NCBI GenBank assembly: GCA_963691875.1
Contig: OY829846.1
Location: 2,944,001 to 3,008,000, forward strand
From: Aureliella sp.
GTDB lineage: Bacteria; Planctomycetota; Planctomycetia; Pirellulales; Pirellulaceae
DNA: 64,000 nucleotides
Direction of reading: 5' to 3'
Part shown: piece by piece, positions 40,323-50,232 of the stretch
Position numbering within the stretch: the first letter of the stretch is position 1
Layout of the letters: the number at the start of each line of letters is the position of its first letter
Made by a program: the position numbers and the translations under genes
Notes under the pieces: generated by a model
Database searches by the model: none
What the model was told of the DNA's origin: nothing
The model's input: the letters and a program-made list of their open reading frames with translations, nothing else

Positions 40323-40913
40323 ATGATTGAGGTTCTTTTGATCCGTCCTGGATGTACGACTTTCGATGAGGAAGGTCGCATCAAGGGTTCTTTGGATATC
40401 CCGCTTAGCGAACTTGGCGTTCAACAAGCCGAAGCTTTGGCAGACAGCTTGAAGGAGATCAAGCTGGATTGCTTGTACGTCGCGCCGTCGGAATCTGCCC
40501 AGGCATCGGCCAAGCTCATTTGTGAATTCAACTTCTGCCGCAGCAAAACGCTCGACTGCTTGAGCAACTTGGACCACGGACTGTGGCAGGGCAAATTGGT
40601 ATCGGAAGTGAAACGCTTGCAGCCCAAGGTTTACCGCCAATTCCAAGAGAGTCCCGAGGACGTTTGTCCTCCGGAAGGCGAAACCATCGAACAAGCCGTC
40701 GAGCGAGTTGAGACCGCCATTCATAAGCTTATTCGCAAGCACGATGGCGGTCGTGTTGGTTTAGTAGTGCCACAACCCATGGCGTCGATCGTTCGATTCG
40801 TACTGTTGGGCGGAAGCCTTGGCGATCTTTGGAAGTGCGAGTTGGACTTTGGCAACTTTGAAACTTTGCATATCGAATCTGTTCCTTCTTCCTCTCTTTT
40901 CGCTCGCGTTTAA
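40323..40913 (+). CDS. Histidine phosphatase-fold protein lacking the catalytic His
   Basis: LIRPGCT (RHG expected), DIPLSELGVQQA, GLWQG, PEGET. Confidence 0.8.
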   Translation: MIEVLLIRPGCTTFDEEGRIKGSLDIPLSELGVQQAEALADSLKEIKLDCLYVAPSESAQASAKLICEFNFCRSKTLDCLSNLDHGLWQGKLVSEVKRLQPKVYRQFQESPEDVCPPEGETIEQAVERVETAIHKLIRKHDGGRVGLVVPQPMASIVRFVLLGGSLGDLWKCELDFGNFETLHIESVPSSSLFARV

Positions 40914-40986
40914 ACACACGACGTGAGCATGCATTCATTTTGGGCGAGTCGAAGCAATTTACCTCGCCAAGTTTTGAGGCAGCAAA

Positions 40987-41841
40987 ATGGCCACCGTCGA
41001 ATCGAATCTTACTAACTCTGCCGCCCAGACCACGCGGCTTTCCAAACGAGCTGTGCCAGACGGCCTATGGGTGAAATGCCCCGGATGCAAGGAAACGATC
41101 TACAAGAAAGAGGCGAAACAGCAAGAGAATGTATGCCCCAAATGTGGATATCACTTTTATGTGTCTGCCAGTGAACGGATCTCACAAGTCTTGGATGAGG
41201 GCACTTTTGAGGAGTGGGATGCGGACCTGCTCCCCACGGATCCACTCAAGTTTGCTGACAAGAAAAAATACGCTGATCGTCTGACCGATGAGCAAAAGCG
41301 AACGGGCTTAAGAGACGCAGCTCTAACAGGCTGTGGAATGATCCGAGCTAGACGAGTAGCCATCGGGGTTACAGATTCTGCCTTCATCATGGGCAGTATG
41401 GGATCGGTTGTGGGCGAGAAGCTGACGCGACTTGTTGAACGTGCCACCGAGCAAGACTTACCGTTGATTATCGTTAGTGGCTCCGGCGGTGGCGCCCGAA
41501 TGCACGAAGGCATTCTGTCTTTGATGCAGATGGCCAAAGTGTCTGCAGCACTCTCCAGGTACCATGAGTCGGGCGGACTCTATATCTCCGTCCTGACCAA
41601 TCCGACGATGGGTGGCGTCGCAGCCAGCTTTGCTTCTCTGGGTGATATCGTGATCGCCGAACCCAAGGCGTTGATCGGCTTTGCAGGGCCGCGTACGATC
41701 AAAGCTACCATCAAGATCGAGTTACCCGCTGGCTTCCAAACCAGCGAATTCTTGCTTGAGCATGGTTACGTCGACAGAATTGTCGAGAGATCTCGTTTAA
41801 AGAGTGAAATCGCCAGAGTCATCGACTACTGCGGAAAGTAA
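40987..41841 (+). CDS. accD: Acetyl-CoA carboxylase carboxyltransferase beta subunit
   Basis: LWVKCPGC...CPKC zinc finger, [24 protein letters not shown]. Confidence 0.97.
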   Translation: MATVESNLTNSAAQTTRLSKRAVPDGLWVKCPGCKETIYKKEAKQQENVCPKCGYHFYVSASERISQVLDEGTFEEWDADLLPTDPLKFADKKKYADRLTDEQKRTGLRDAALTGCGMIRARRVAIGVTDSAFIMGSMGSVVGEKLTRLVERATEQDLPLIIVSGSGGGARMHEGILSLMQMAKVSAALSRYHESGGLYISVLTNPTMGGVAASFASLGDIVIAEPKALIGFAGPRTIKATIKIELPAGFQTSEFLLEHGYVDRIVERSRLKSEIARVIDYCGK

Positions 41842-41866
41842 ACTAGATTGCGATGGGCACCTTTTT

Positions 41867-41939
41867 GCGGCAGGGCGCTAGCCGCCGGTGCTGTTAGTGA
41901 TCGACTGCGGGAACCGACGGCTAGCGCCCTGTCGCTCAC
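41867..41939. repeat. REP-like palindrome (family A)
   Basis: GCGGCAGGGCGCTAGCCGCCGGT / ACCGACGGCTAGCGCCCTGTCGC 23-bp arms, 21 Watson-Crick matches. Confidence 0.85.
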
Positions 41940-41968
41940 GATGAAACTCAAGCACAGAGCCTAGTGGC

Positions 41969-42886
41969 ATGGGACTGCTAGATAAGTTCGGATTCGGCAA
42001 AAAGAAAGACTCAGGCGATGGTCCTGCGTCGTTGAAGTCGAACCGCCGAATCGACATCGAAGCTCGATTTGAGAAACTCCGTACTGCAGTCAGCGGTACG
42101 ATGAGTAAATTTTATGCAGCGCGAGACCGAGAGAAGGATCAGATCGTCGGCCTCAAGCTCTGTGACCTCGCGAAATTCAGCTTCTTCGAGAGTCGCTTCA
42201 AAGGGATGAACAAGCCGCCCGAAGGCGAAATCGCGGCGATGATGGATCATCCCAACATCATCAAGACTCTCGAGTACGGTAAAACTACAGCCAAGGAACC
42301 GTACCTGATCATGGAGTTCATAGACGGCCCTGGCCTGAACACACTCATTCAGAACCAGGATGCGGAGCGACTTGCCGGCCGGCGGCTCGATTTGATCAAG
42401 CAGATGGCCGACGCTTTGCACTACGTGCATCAGAAAGGCTACATCCACCGCGACATTTGTCCGCGAAACTTTATCTGCGACACAGAAATCCAGCGCATTA
42501 AGCTGATCGATTTTGGGCTGACTGTCCCAGCGACCGAAGCATTTATGCGACCCGGCAACCGAACCGGAACACCACTCTACATGGCTCCCGAGATCGTTCG
42601 TCGTCGGGCTACCGACCAGCGCCTGGATATTTTCGCTTTCGGCGTTTCCTGCTATCAGCTACTGACCTTCGATTTCCCTTGGCCAGGCGGCGAGACAAGT
42701 GGACTTGCAGCGCTGAATCACGACACATCCAATCCTCGCGACATCTTCAAGTACCGCCCAGACCTCAACAAAACGCTTGGCGGCATGATCATGCAGTGCG
42801 TACAACCCAGTCCTGAGAATCGGGTACAAAGCATGGATCAGTTCGTCAGCACATTGCGACGCGTCCCATCAGAAACGGATGACTAG
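41969..42886 (+). CDS. Soluble Hanks-type Ser/Thr protein kinase
   Basis: VGLK, HPNII, HRDICPRN, DFG, GTPLYMAPE. Confidence 0.92.
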   Translation: MGLLDKFGFGKKKDSGDGPASLKSNRRIDIEARFEKLRTAVSGTMSKFYAARDREKDQIVGLKLCDLAKFSFFESRFKGMNKPPEGEIAAMMDHPNIIKTLEYGKTTAKEPYLIMEFIDGPGLNTLIQNQDAERLAGRRLDLIKQMADALHYVHQKGYIHRDICPRNFICDTEIQRIKLIDFGLTVPATEAFMRPGNRTGTPLYMAPEIVRRRATDQRLDIFAFGVSCYQLLTFDFPWPGGETSGLAALNHDTSNPRDIFKYRPDLNKTLGGMIMQCVQPSPENRVQSMDQFVSTLRRVPSETDD

Positions 42887-42943
42887 GCTCCGTCGATTCT
42901 TAGTGAGTGCCTCGTCGCTGCTTGAGGGAGCGAAGTTTCTACC

Positions 42944-43495
42944 ATGCCGTTACGAGTGTCATTGCGAACTCTCCTCATCACACTCGCTCTGCTTGCAGCC
43001 ATCTTGATGCCGTTGATGGTGCATCTACATTCCCTGAGAAACCAATCGCTGGCGGCGGAGCAACTAACGGCATCTGGAGCACGCATCTTCTACCAAGCCG
43101 ATCATGGACTGTTTGGGCTCTTTCCGAAGATCGAGCTAGTGTCGATCGTTGAATTTCGCGGCGAGCCAGAGGAACTTCAATCGCTGCGTGAATTAAGCAT
43201 CCCGCATCTGGCTTTCGTACATGCCGGCGTCACTTCAGAAGTCGTTGACATTCTTGTCGAGATTCCCGACCTACAAATGCTCAATCTCTCGGATACAAAT
43301 GTGAGTGACGACGCACTCAAACGGTTCGAAAAGCTGCCGGATCTTGAGTATCTCAACGTGATGGGTTCCGGCGTGACGCCTAAAGGCGTGCGAGATTTCA
43401 TCGAACACCGCCCAGATTGCAAATTGAGCGTGGTGTCCGACACGGAATTCATGAAGTGGTTGAATCGATTGTTCCGCTCGGACTCGAATCTTTGA
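42944..43495 (+). CDS. Leucine-rich-repeat membrane-anchored protein
   Basis: RVSLRTLL N-terminus + TM; LQMLNLSDTNVSD and LEYLNVMGSGVT repeats. Confidence 0.85.
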   Translation: MPLRVSLRTLLITLALLAAILMPLMVHLHSLRNQSLAAEQLTASGARIFYQADHGLFGLFPKIELVSIVEFRGEPEELQSLRELSIPHLAFVHAGVTSEVVDILVEIPDLQMLNLSDTNVSDDALKRFEKLPDLEYLNVMGSGVTPKGVRDFIEHRPDCKLSVVSDTEFMKWLNRLFRSDSNL

Positions 43496-43655
43496 ATCCT
43501 CTTCTGCGCGTTATGTTGGATCGACCTGCTTTGATAATGCTCAATTTCGGTCTAACCCTGAGTTGTCAGGTCGAGGCAAAGATACACTGCACCAGGTGTC
43601 GATTTATGGACCGAGGTAGCGTTGTCGACCTAGTCTTTTTTGTAGCTTGGAATCG

Positions 43656-45185
43656 ATGCAGTCAAAGTCAAAATCCGAACAACGTATTCTCGAAGAATTA
43701 CTGGCTCAACTGTTAGCCTGGCATGAGGGCAAACTTCAGCCCGAAACCCTAGCTGTAAATCTGACTAATTTTCTACGTGAAAATATGGTTGTTGCAACTC
43801 ACGCGCAGTTGACCAGGGCGCAAACACTTGACGAGTTCCGCGCGGTTTCGGCTGAATTGTTGGATGCTCATTTTACTTCAAAAATGGAGCGAAAAGAACG
43901 CGAGCTCAAACGTCTCCAAGAGCAGTTCCGTGTATCTGAGAAGCAGACCCTTGTATCTAGCGAAGCTTCAGACGATGACTTCTATGCCAATTCGCAACAA
44001 GACGAAACACGATACTCATTGGCTCCATTTGCCATCCATGACCGCCTCGACCTCTTGGTGCGTCGTTTTAGCCTGGGCGTATTCTCCCTGCAAAGCTTCT
44101 TCCTCTTTTGCAGCATTGGAGCGGTTGCTGCCTTGATCCTCGGCGATGGTGTTTGGGTTGGTGCTGAGCACGCGCGGAGCGTCAACATCCCCAATAACAA
44201 AAAGTTGACGACGCAAAATGCTCAAGTTGATAGCACTGCGGGCTTCGAGTTCCTGATTAGTCAGACGACCACACCAGACCACTCGCCGCGACAAGACTTG
44301 AGTCTATCCGCAGATTCCGAGTGGAGGATGAAAGCAGGTTTAGCTGAAGCCCATGCCGAAGAGCCGGGATTTATCATTGGTGATCCCGATACCTCCGATG
44401 CAAGCCTGCACTCCTCTATTGGGACTGTTGAATCCAAGTTGATTCAGCTGCAGGCCCCAAAACAAGAACCGGATGCGAACTTGGATTCTATTTTGGCGGA
44501 ATCCATTGGCATTTCAGAACAAGAGCTTCAAGCGCGGCAAGGACGTTCACAGGGCGATCTAGGTTTACAGGAGATCATGTCGCTGCTTGACAAGGGAGAC
44601 TTGGAACAGGCTCTCGATACGTTGTCTCGGATGTCGGCCGCGTTCAGCGACCAGAACGCAACCTTGATCAAGCTAGAAATATTGGCGGGTGGTGACAGCA
44701 AAGCGCGACTGGAAAGCTGGGAGTTGCTTCTCCAGACGCGGGAGACGAATCTCCTGAGCGACATGATCGCAGCACGGCTATTGTTGACCAGCTCCAATGA
44801 TGAGCGTCGAGAAATGTTCCGGAAGTTCGCCGAGAACCCAGGTGCACCAACACGCTACGAGTGTTGGATTCGCTCTTTTACAAGAAATACTGAAATTGCC
44901 GGTCAGCTGGAGGCTCTTCAAAAGAACACTGTCGCCTTGGATTCTTTTATGCTCGATGGAATATTCTTGGCAAGTGCGTATTGCAACGTGGGACGACTGG
45001 ACGCTGCTTTGGCCTCTCTCCAGTCTGTGGAAATGGAGCTACAGATAATGACAAACCTCGGGCAGTCTGTCGTCTACGCTTCGCTGGTTTCACGCAATCA
45101 AGCGATGCTTTTGTCGCGTGTTTCCAGGACAGCCGCGAGGATCCGATCTGTTGTCGATTCTGATCGCAGCTCCACCGTCGATTAG
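43656..45185 (+). CDS. Hypothetical membrane protein (coiled coil, TM, helical C-terminal domain)
   Basis: ~510-aa ORF, central TM. Confidence 0.65.
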   Translation: MQSKSKSEQRILEELLAQLLAWHEGKLQPETLAVNLTNFLRENMVVATHAQLTRAQTLDEFRAVSAELLDAHFTSKMERKERELKRLQEQFRVSEKQTLVSSEASDDDFYANSQQDETRYSLAPFAIHDRLDLLVRRFSLGVFSLQSFFLFCSIGAVAALILGDGVWVGAEHARSVNIPNNKKLTTQNAQVDSTAGFEFLISQTTTPDHSPRQDLSLSADSEWRMKAGLAEAHAEEPGFIIGDPDTSDASLHSSIGTVESKLIQLQAPKQEPDANLDSILAESIGISEQELQARQGRSQGDLGLQEIMSLLDKGDLEQALDTLSRMSAAFSDQNATLIKLEILAGGDSKARLESWELLLQTRETNLLSDMIAARLLLTSSNDERREMFRKFAENPGAPTRYECWIRSFTRNTEIAGQLEALQKNTVALDSFMLDGIFLASAYCNVGRLDAALASLQSVEMELQIMTNLGQSVVYASLVSRNQAMLLSRVSRTAARIRSVVDSDRSSTVD

Positions 45186-45226
45186 AACCGTTGGCTGCGC
45201 TGTTCCCTTCTCAATTGGCCTTCCGC

Positions 45227-46285
45227 TCAGCATGCTCTGCGATGCGAATTCACACCTAAACTAATCGCATTTAAAAGATCGTCGCATGCCGCCATGACTG
45301 AGTTGACTGTAATGGCACGCATGGAACTGTTTTCGCCTTTTCGCTGCAATTTACCTTCGGGCAGAATAGGACTCTGGACAATTCTATGCTCGTTCCCGTA
45401 GGGCCCCGACTCGTCTCCCCAAGTGACACCATGCAAACTGACACAAGGCGTACCAATACAGCTGGCCATATGTAACGGCCCTGTATCACCGGTAAGCAAA
45501 AGCGTGCACCGACGCAGCAACTCAAGCATTTCCAGCAAGCTGGTTACCGGTGCTAGTCGCGCCGTACCACGACTTTCGGCAACAATCTGCTCCGCCATCT
45601 TTTTCTCGTTGTCGCCTGCCCAGAAGACAAGGCTAGTCAGACCATGGTCAATCTTGATTCGTCTTGCAGTCTCAGCAAAGCGATCGGTTGGCCACTGGCG
45701 CGTGGTCCAACCCGCACCAGGATTGATGGCTACCCAACTGGAGGGAAGCTCGAACTCCTCCAGCTTCGAATCAGCGACGGCTGCTGCGGCCTGGTAAACC
45801 GGCATTTCGAACTGCGCCATGAAGGGTTCTATAGTTTTCCACGGACTGAGAAGCTCCAGGTAAGTGTCTACCATGTGGCTCTGCGTTCGGGAGACGCGGT
45901 GTGTCGCGCACCAAGGGGCTACTTCTCGTGCATGACTTCGGTCAAAGCCAACTCGCAACTTGGCACCAGATAGCCAGCCAAGCATCGCGCTCTTGGTGAG
46001 TCCTTGGGGATCCATTACGAGATCGCACTGCAGTTGCCTCAGCTCGTCGCGCAGCCCTATCCAGGCTCTGGGACTACTGAGCCAAACCTTCGGGATCTTG
46101 ATCACCTCATCAACAGCAGGATGCTCCTGCAGGAACTGGCTCGCTGCACAAGAGACGGCCCAGTGAATGCGACATTCAGGCCATAGCTGTTTTGCGGCAA
46201 CTGCCAGAGGGATCGTCAACAAGCAGTCGCCAATCGCACTGAGACGCGTAATCAGGATGTTTTTTGGCTTGTGACTGTCGAGCAT
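45227..46285 (-). CDS. Glycosyltransferase family 9 (LPS heptosyltransferase-like)
   Basis: RLSAIGD, DPQGLTKS, NPGAGW, GDTGPLHMA. Confidence 0.92.
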   Translation of the reverse strand: MLDSHKPKNILITRLSAIGDCLLTIPLAVAAKQLWPECRIHWAVSCAASQFLQEHPAVDEVIKIPKVWLSSPRAWIGLRDELRQLQCDLVMDPQGLTKSAMLGWLSGAKLRVGFDRSHAREVAPWCATHRVSRTQSHMVDTYLELLSPWKTIEPFMAQFEMPVYQAAAAVADSKLEEFELPSSWVAINPGAGWTTRQWPTDRFAETARRIKIDHGLTSLVFWAGDNEKKMAEQIVAESRGTARLAPVTSLLEMLELLRRCTLLLTGDTGPLHMASCIGTPCVSLHGVTWGDESGPYGNEHRIVQSPILPEGKLQRKGENSSMRAITVNSVMAACDDLLNAISLGVNSHRRAC

Positions 46286-46369
46286 GGTCCAAGAATGTGC
46301 GGAGAATAACGAATAGCCTTCATCTACATATGTGTGCAAGCTACCGCAAGCCTGCACTTGAACTCAAGG

Positions 46370-46402
46370 CAAATCCTGGGTGTACAAATCCTGGGTGTAC
46401 AA
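46370..46402. repeat. 15-bp tandem duplication in divergent intergenic region
   Basis: CAAATCCTGGGTGTA x2 + CAA. Confidence 0.9.
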
Positions 46403-46482
46403 TAAGCTTGTTCGCGGCGGGAAAGTTTGACGTGCCTCGGGCTGCCCGATTTCCTTTGCTTCATACTCCAAGGCTGCAGACC

Positions 46483-47667
46483 ATGCACGGTCATTTTAAG
46501 ATAGTCCCTCTTCTTCTGCTCGGAATCACTCTGTCTGGGTGCGCGTCGGGTTGTGAAAAGAACAAGGGCCCGAAATCACGAATCGTGATGAAGCATGACG
46601 GCTATGAAATGCACGTCATGGACAATTCCGAATCCGTTAGTCTCGCCTTTGCTATCAACTCCAAAGGTCATGTACTGGGTAAGAAGGAAATCGTTGACGA
46701 AAGCGGCAACATTTTTTCCAACATCTTCTTTTTCGATGATGGACAAAAGCAAATCGACCTCGGCTTGCTTAAGCACTACACCAATTCAGAAGTCGAAGCG
46801 CTGAGCGACAATGGCCTAGCAGTAGGCTACGCTAGCAGACCAGTTGGTGACCCGAGAGGATCATTAACGGCACTTTTGTGGGATGTGAACAAAAATGAGA
46901 TTTCTCAGCTTCCCCATATCGAAGGAGACTCTGCATCCCATGCCCAAGGAATCTCAGCGGACGGCTCGCGCATCGTTGGCTACTCCACTGGCAACGAGCC
47001 ACAGCGCCTACGTCCCTGCGTTTGGGAGAAGAAATCGGGGAAGTGGGTGGCTCAAGCTTTGCCGACAAAGTTTGAGTACAACCCTTACACGATGTCGAGC
47101 TCAGTCGTTATCTCTCCCGACGGCAAACTCATCGCGTCTTGTGTGACCGAGTCGATAGAGAACAACTTTTTAGATAGCTGCTTGGTCGTGTGGAAGCAAG
47201 ATACGAATGGCAAATGGCAGAGCAAGCAATTGAACACAGAGCAGATGTATGTCAGCGCTATGAACAATGCCGGAGAGATCGTTGGTGACGCAAGCAACAA
47301 GAAAGGTCAAAGAACTCCTTATTTTGTCAGCCCCGACGGAGAGTACGACATGATCGAATTGCTATCCGGAACTGTCTCCGGCAATGCTTATGGAATCAAC
47401 AATGAAGGAATGGTAGTCGGCATTTGCAACGATCCACCTGGCCCAGACGCTGCAGTGCGCCCCTTTGTGTATTACAAGGGTGAACAAACCGCACTCAAGC
47501 TACCCAAGGGAAATGAGTACAGCTTGGTTTACGCGATCAACGATGCTGGCCAAATCGCTGGCCTAGCCGAGGTGAAGTTCGAAGACCGCAAGGAGAAGAA
47601 TGAAGAAACCGGCGAGGAAGAACCCGTCGTCAAGGCCCTCGCCTTCGTCTGGCGACCAACTTCCTAA
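46483..47667 (+). CDS. HAF-type extracellular repeat lipoprotein
   Basis: LSGC lipobox; AFAINSKGHVLG, AQGISADGSRIVG, AYGINNEGMVVG, YAINDAGQIAG. Confidence 0.85.
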   Translation: MHGHFKIVPLLLLGITLSGCASGCEKNKGPKSRIVMKHDGYEMHVMDNSESVSLAFAINSKGHVLGKKEIVDESGNIFSNIFFFDDGQKQIDLGLLKHYTNSEVEALSDNGLAVGYASRPVGDPRGSLTALLWDVNKNEISQLPHIEGDSASHAQGISADGSRIVGYSTGNEPQRLRPCVWEKKSGKWVAQALPTKFEYNPYTMSSSVVISPDGKLIASCVTESIENNFLDSCLVVWKQDTNGKWQSKQLNTEQMYVSAMNNAGEIVGDASNKKGQRTPYFVSPDGEYDMIELLSGTVSGNAYGINNEGMVVGICNDPPGPDAAVRPFVYYKGEQTALKLPKGNEYSLVYAINDAGQIAGLAEVKFEDRKEKNEETGEEEPVVKALAFVWRPTS

Positions 47668-47972
47668 CCATAGTGGGTTTCACTGAAATCCTGAGCCACG
47701 AATCCTCTGTGCTATCAGGAACCAGGGAAAACACCTCATTTCGCCCCTTCTGCAATGAGTGCTCATAAGTGTCAAGCAGTGGTTCTTCATCGAACCTTGC
47801 AGAAACGCTGAATGATTAAAGCAAAACGCGGACATAGAGTAGTGCCGATTGTCTCATTTGAGACCAAGAGCCTTTGCCTGCCTCTCCCCCACGAGGTTTT
47901 GCACCTTTTCTGTCGAAATGCCATCGTGTTCGGCAAAAGGTTTTCTGGCGAATTCGTTGAGGAAAACGCTTC

Positions 47973-49664
47973 TTATTTGCGGCCAAGGACGACAAGGCAC
48001 ATATCGTCAGCTTGGGCAGTGCCTTCGATGAAGCGTTTTACATCGGAAACTATGTGATCGCCGATCTCGGCTAAAGTCCCTTTACCTGCAGAAACAAGCT
48101 CCTGCAGCTGGCGGATGCCGAACATCTTGCCTTGCCTGTCCGGCGCCTCGTTGATCCCGTCCGTGTAGAGCACCAAGCGATCACCAGGCTCGATCTGAAT
48201 CCTTGCAGACTCATACTCGAAGCTTCCCACAACGTTAATGGGTACGCCAGCAGCTTCATCCCCAGGCTGGCTGACCGCCCCGCCGGGCTTTAACCAAATC
48301 GGAGCCATATGTCCCGCGTTGACAATCTCTACCTGCCCCGTAGAGGGCTCTAAAATACAGCAGATGAAGGTCACAAACTTCTCAACACCCAAAGCATAAA
48401 GACGCTGATTCAACTTCGTGATCGCGACACTTGGGGATGCTTCACTGGCGAGTAAGAACTTTGTTTCGGCGGACAGCTTGGCCATAAACATCGCGGCTGC
48501 CACACCATGCCCAGCTACATCTGCCACGATCACAACCAGCCGGCCGTCTGATAATTCAATGTAATCAAAGTAGTCGCCGCCGATCTGGTCGGCGGGATGA
48601 TAGTAGTCATAGAACTCGTAGCCGGCCAAGTCAGGCTTAGCTTGAGGCAGCAATGCTTTTTGGACGTTGCTGGCCAGTTCCAGGTCTTGTTCGATCTTTT
48701 GCTGTAATACCGCTTGTTCGTGCAATTGAGCGTTCTCGATCGCTACGCCAGCTTGGGTGGCGACGCCTGCCAACACATCCAGATCTGCCGGCTCGAATCG
48801 CCGCTTAGAATCCAGCGTGTCGAGCTGAAGAGCGCCAATCGCATTGTCTTCTGAGTCCAACAGTGGGGCGACAATGATAGAGCGTATCTTGAAGTCCGCG
48901 ATGCTGACGGCTGTGTCAAATCGACTATCGTTGCTCGCATCCATCGAGATGATCGCCGACTTGGTATCCATCACTTCGCGCATAACGGTTCGGCTGATTC
49001 GCATGGATTCCTCGTCGCCCTGCTGACGCGTTCTGAACCAACGTGGAATCAAGTCATCGCCTTCGGCCAAAACGATGAATGCTCTGTCGGCTTGCAGGAA
49101 GACACGAAATAAAGTCTCAAGAACCTTGGGTAAAACCTCCTCTAGCTTTACCGCACCGCCAAGTGCCGTCGCGATCTCAAGCATTGCACTGAGACGTACT
49201 TCAGCATTCGTCGTCAGCTGCGAGCCATATTTGCTACCACGAATATCGAGCCGACTACTGAATTCGCGTGAACTGCTAAGGTGCGCGTCGTCATCAACCA
49301 TAACGACGCCGAATGAACTCTGCTCCTGATCCATGCCAGAACCCCCGAGCAGTTCGCTGTCGATGATCGCGGGCTGGTCGGAATGAAACGAGAATTCGAT
49401 ATCGCAGATGCGAATCAGATCACCATCTTTGAGTGACGCAGGCTGGTCGAGTAACTCTCCATTCAAGAAAGTACCGTTACGACTCTTCAGATCAGCGATC
49501 TCATATCGCCCGTCTCGCAGTTGGACTTTAGCATGCTGACGGCTCACAGCCCCCACATCGATCGTGACGTCACATTCTGGGTGCCGCCCGAGCACTGTCT
49601 CTTCTTTTTCAATCTCATAGCGATTTCCAAAGCTGGAACCACTTATTGCGGTTAGAAACGCCAT
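47973..49664 (-). CDS. FHA-GAF-SpoIIE (PP2C) protein phosphatase
   Basis: LGRHPEC...VSRQHA...SRNGTFLN (FHA), GAF, IGGDYFD, ADVAGHG, YTDG, DDM. Confidence 0.93.
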   Translation of the reverse strand: MAFLTAISGSSFGNRYEIEKEETVLGRHPECDVTIDVGAVSRQHAKVQLRDGRYEIADLKSRNGTFLNGELLDQPASLKDGDLIRICDIEFSFHSDQPAIIDSELLGGSGMDQEQSSFGVVMVDDDAHLSSSREFSSRLDIRGSKYGSQLTTNAEVRLSAMLEIATALGGAVKLEEVLPKVLETLFRVFLQADRAFIVLAEGDDLIPRWFRTRQQGDEESMRISRTVMREVMDTKSAIISMDASNDSRFDTAVSIADFKIRSIIVAPLLDSEDNAIGALQLDTLDSKRRFEPADLDVLAGVATQAGVAIENAQLHEQAVLQQKIEQDLELASNVQKALLPQAKPDLAGYEFYDYYHPADQIGGDYFDYIELSDGRLVVIVADVAGHGVAAAMFMAKLSAETKFLLASEASPSVAITKLNQRLYALGVEKFVTFICCILEPSTGQVEIVNAGHMAPIWLKPGGAVSQPGDEAAGVPINVVGSFEYESARIQIEPGDRLVLYTDGINEAPDRQGKMFGIRQLQELVSAGKGTLAEIGDHIVSDVKRFIEGTAQADDMCLVVLGRK

Positions 49665-50033
49665 TTTCTCAGTCAACGGAAAGAAGATAACCATGAAAGT
49701 CCAAAACCTGCTTGGGAGTCCAAGCCGGGGCGAACCAACATTTTAGACTACTCCGTCGCCCCGATAAGGCGGCAGAAACTTTTTGCGATCCAGTCTGATA
49801 GCTCTCTATAAATTTGGCTATCCTCGCCGCTGGTCCGGCATTACGAAAAAGGCCTTCACCCTACCTAGATCCCCAATCACCTGTATCGGGCCTTTCACCG
49901 CGCAGGAGGTATGCGGTGAGTGATTGTTATAGATGTTGGCAGCATGCCGCTGATGCAATTCTCGGATCCGCAGCTGAAACTTCTGATGCGAACTCGACCA
50001 TTGATCACGGACATAGCTAACTAAACAGATCGC

Positions 50034-50064
50034 ATCTGTGTTCAATCTGAGTTCTGTCTGTGGC
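50034..50064. repeat. 11-mer degenerate tandem repeat
   Basis: ATCTGTGTTCA ATCTGAGTTCT GTCTGTGGC. Confidence 0.55.
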
Positions 50065-50232
50065 TTCAGAACGTGACCCGAACAGCCCCTGAGTCGGGGT
50101 TGGATTGCTCAGGAGTTGTTGGTTGCTTCGTGAAGCCGCAGGGGAATTTTTCGGCCCGAAGATAGGAATTATCTCGGCTGCAAAGAAACGCAGTTTGTAA
50201 GGAAGCCTCTGCAGCACCCAGCAGCGCCGACT

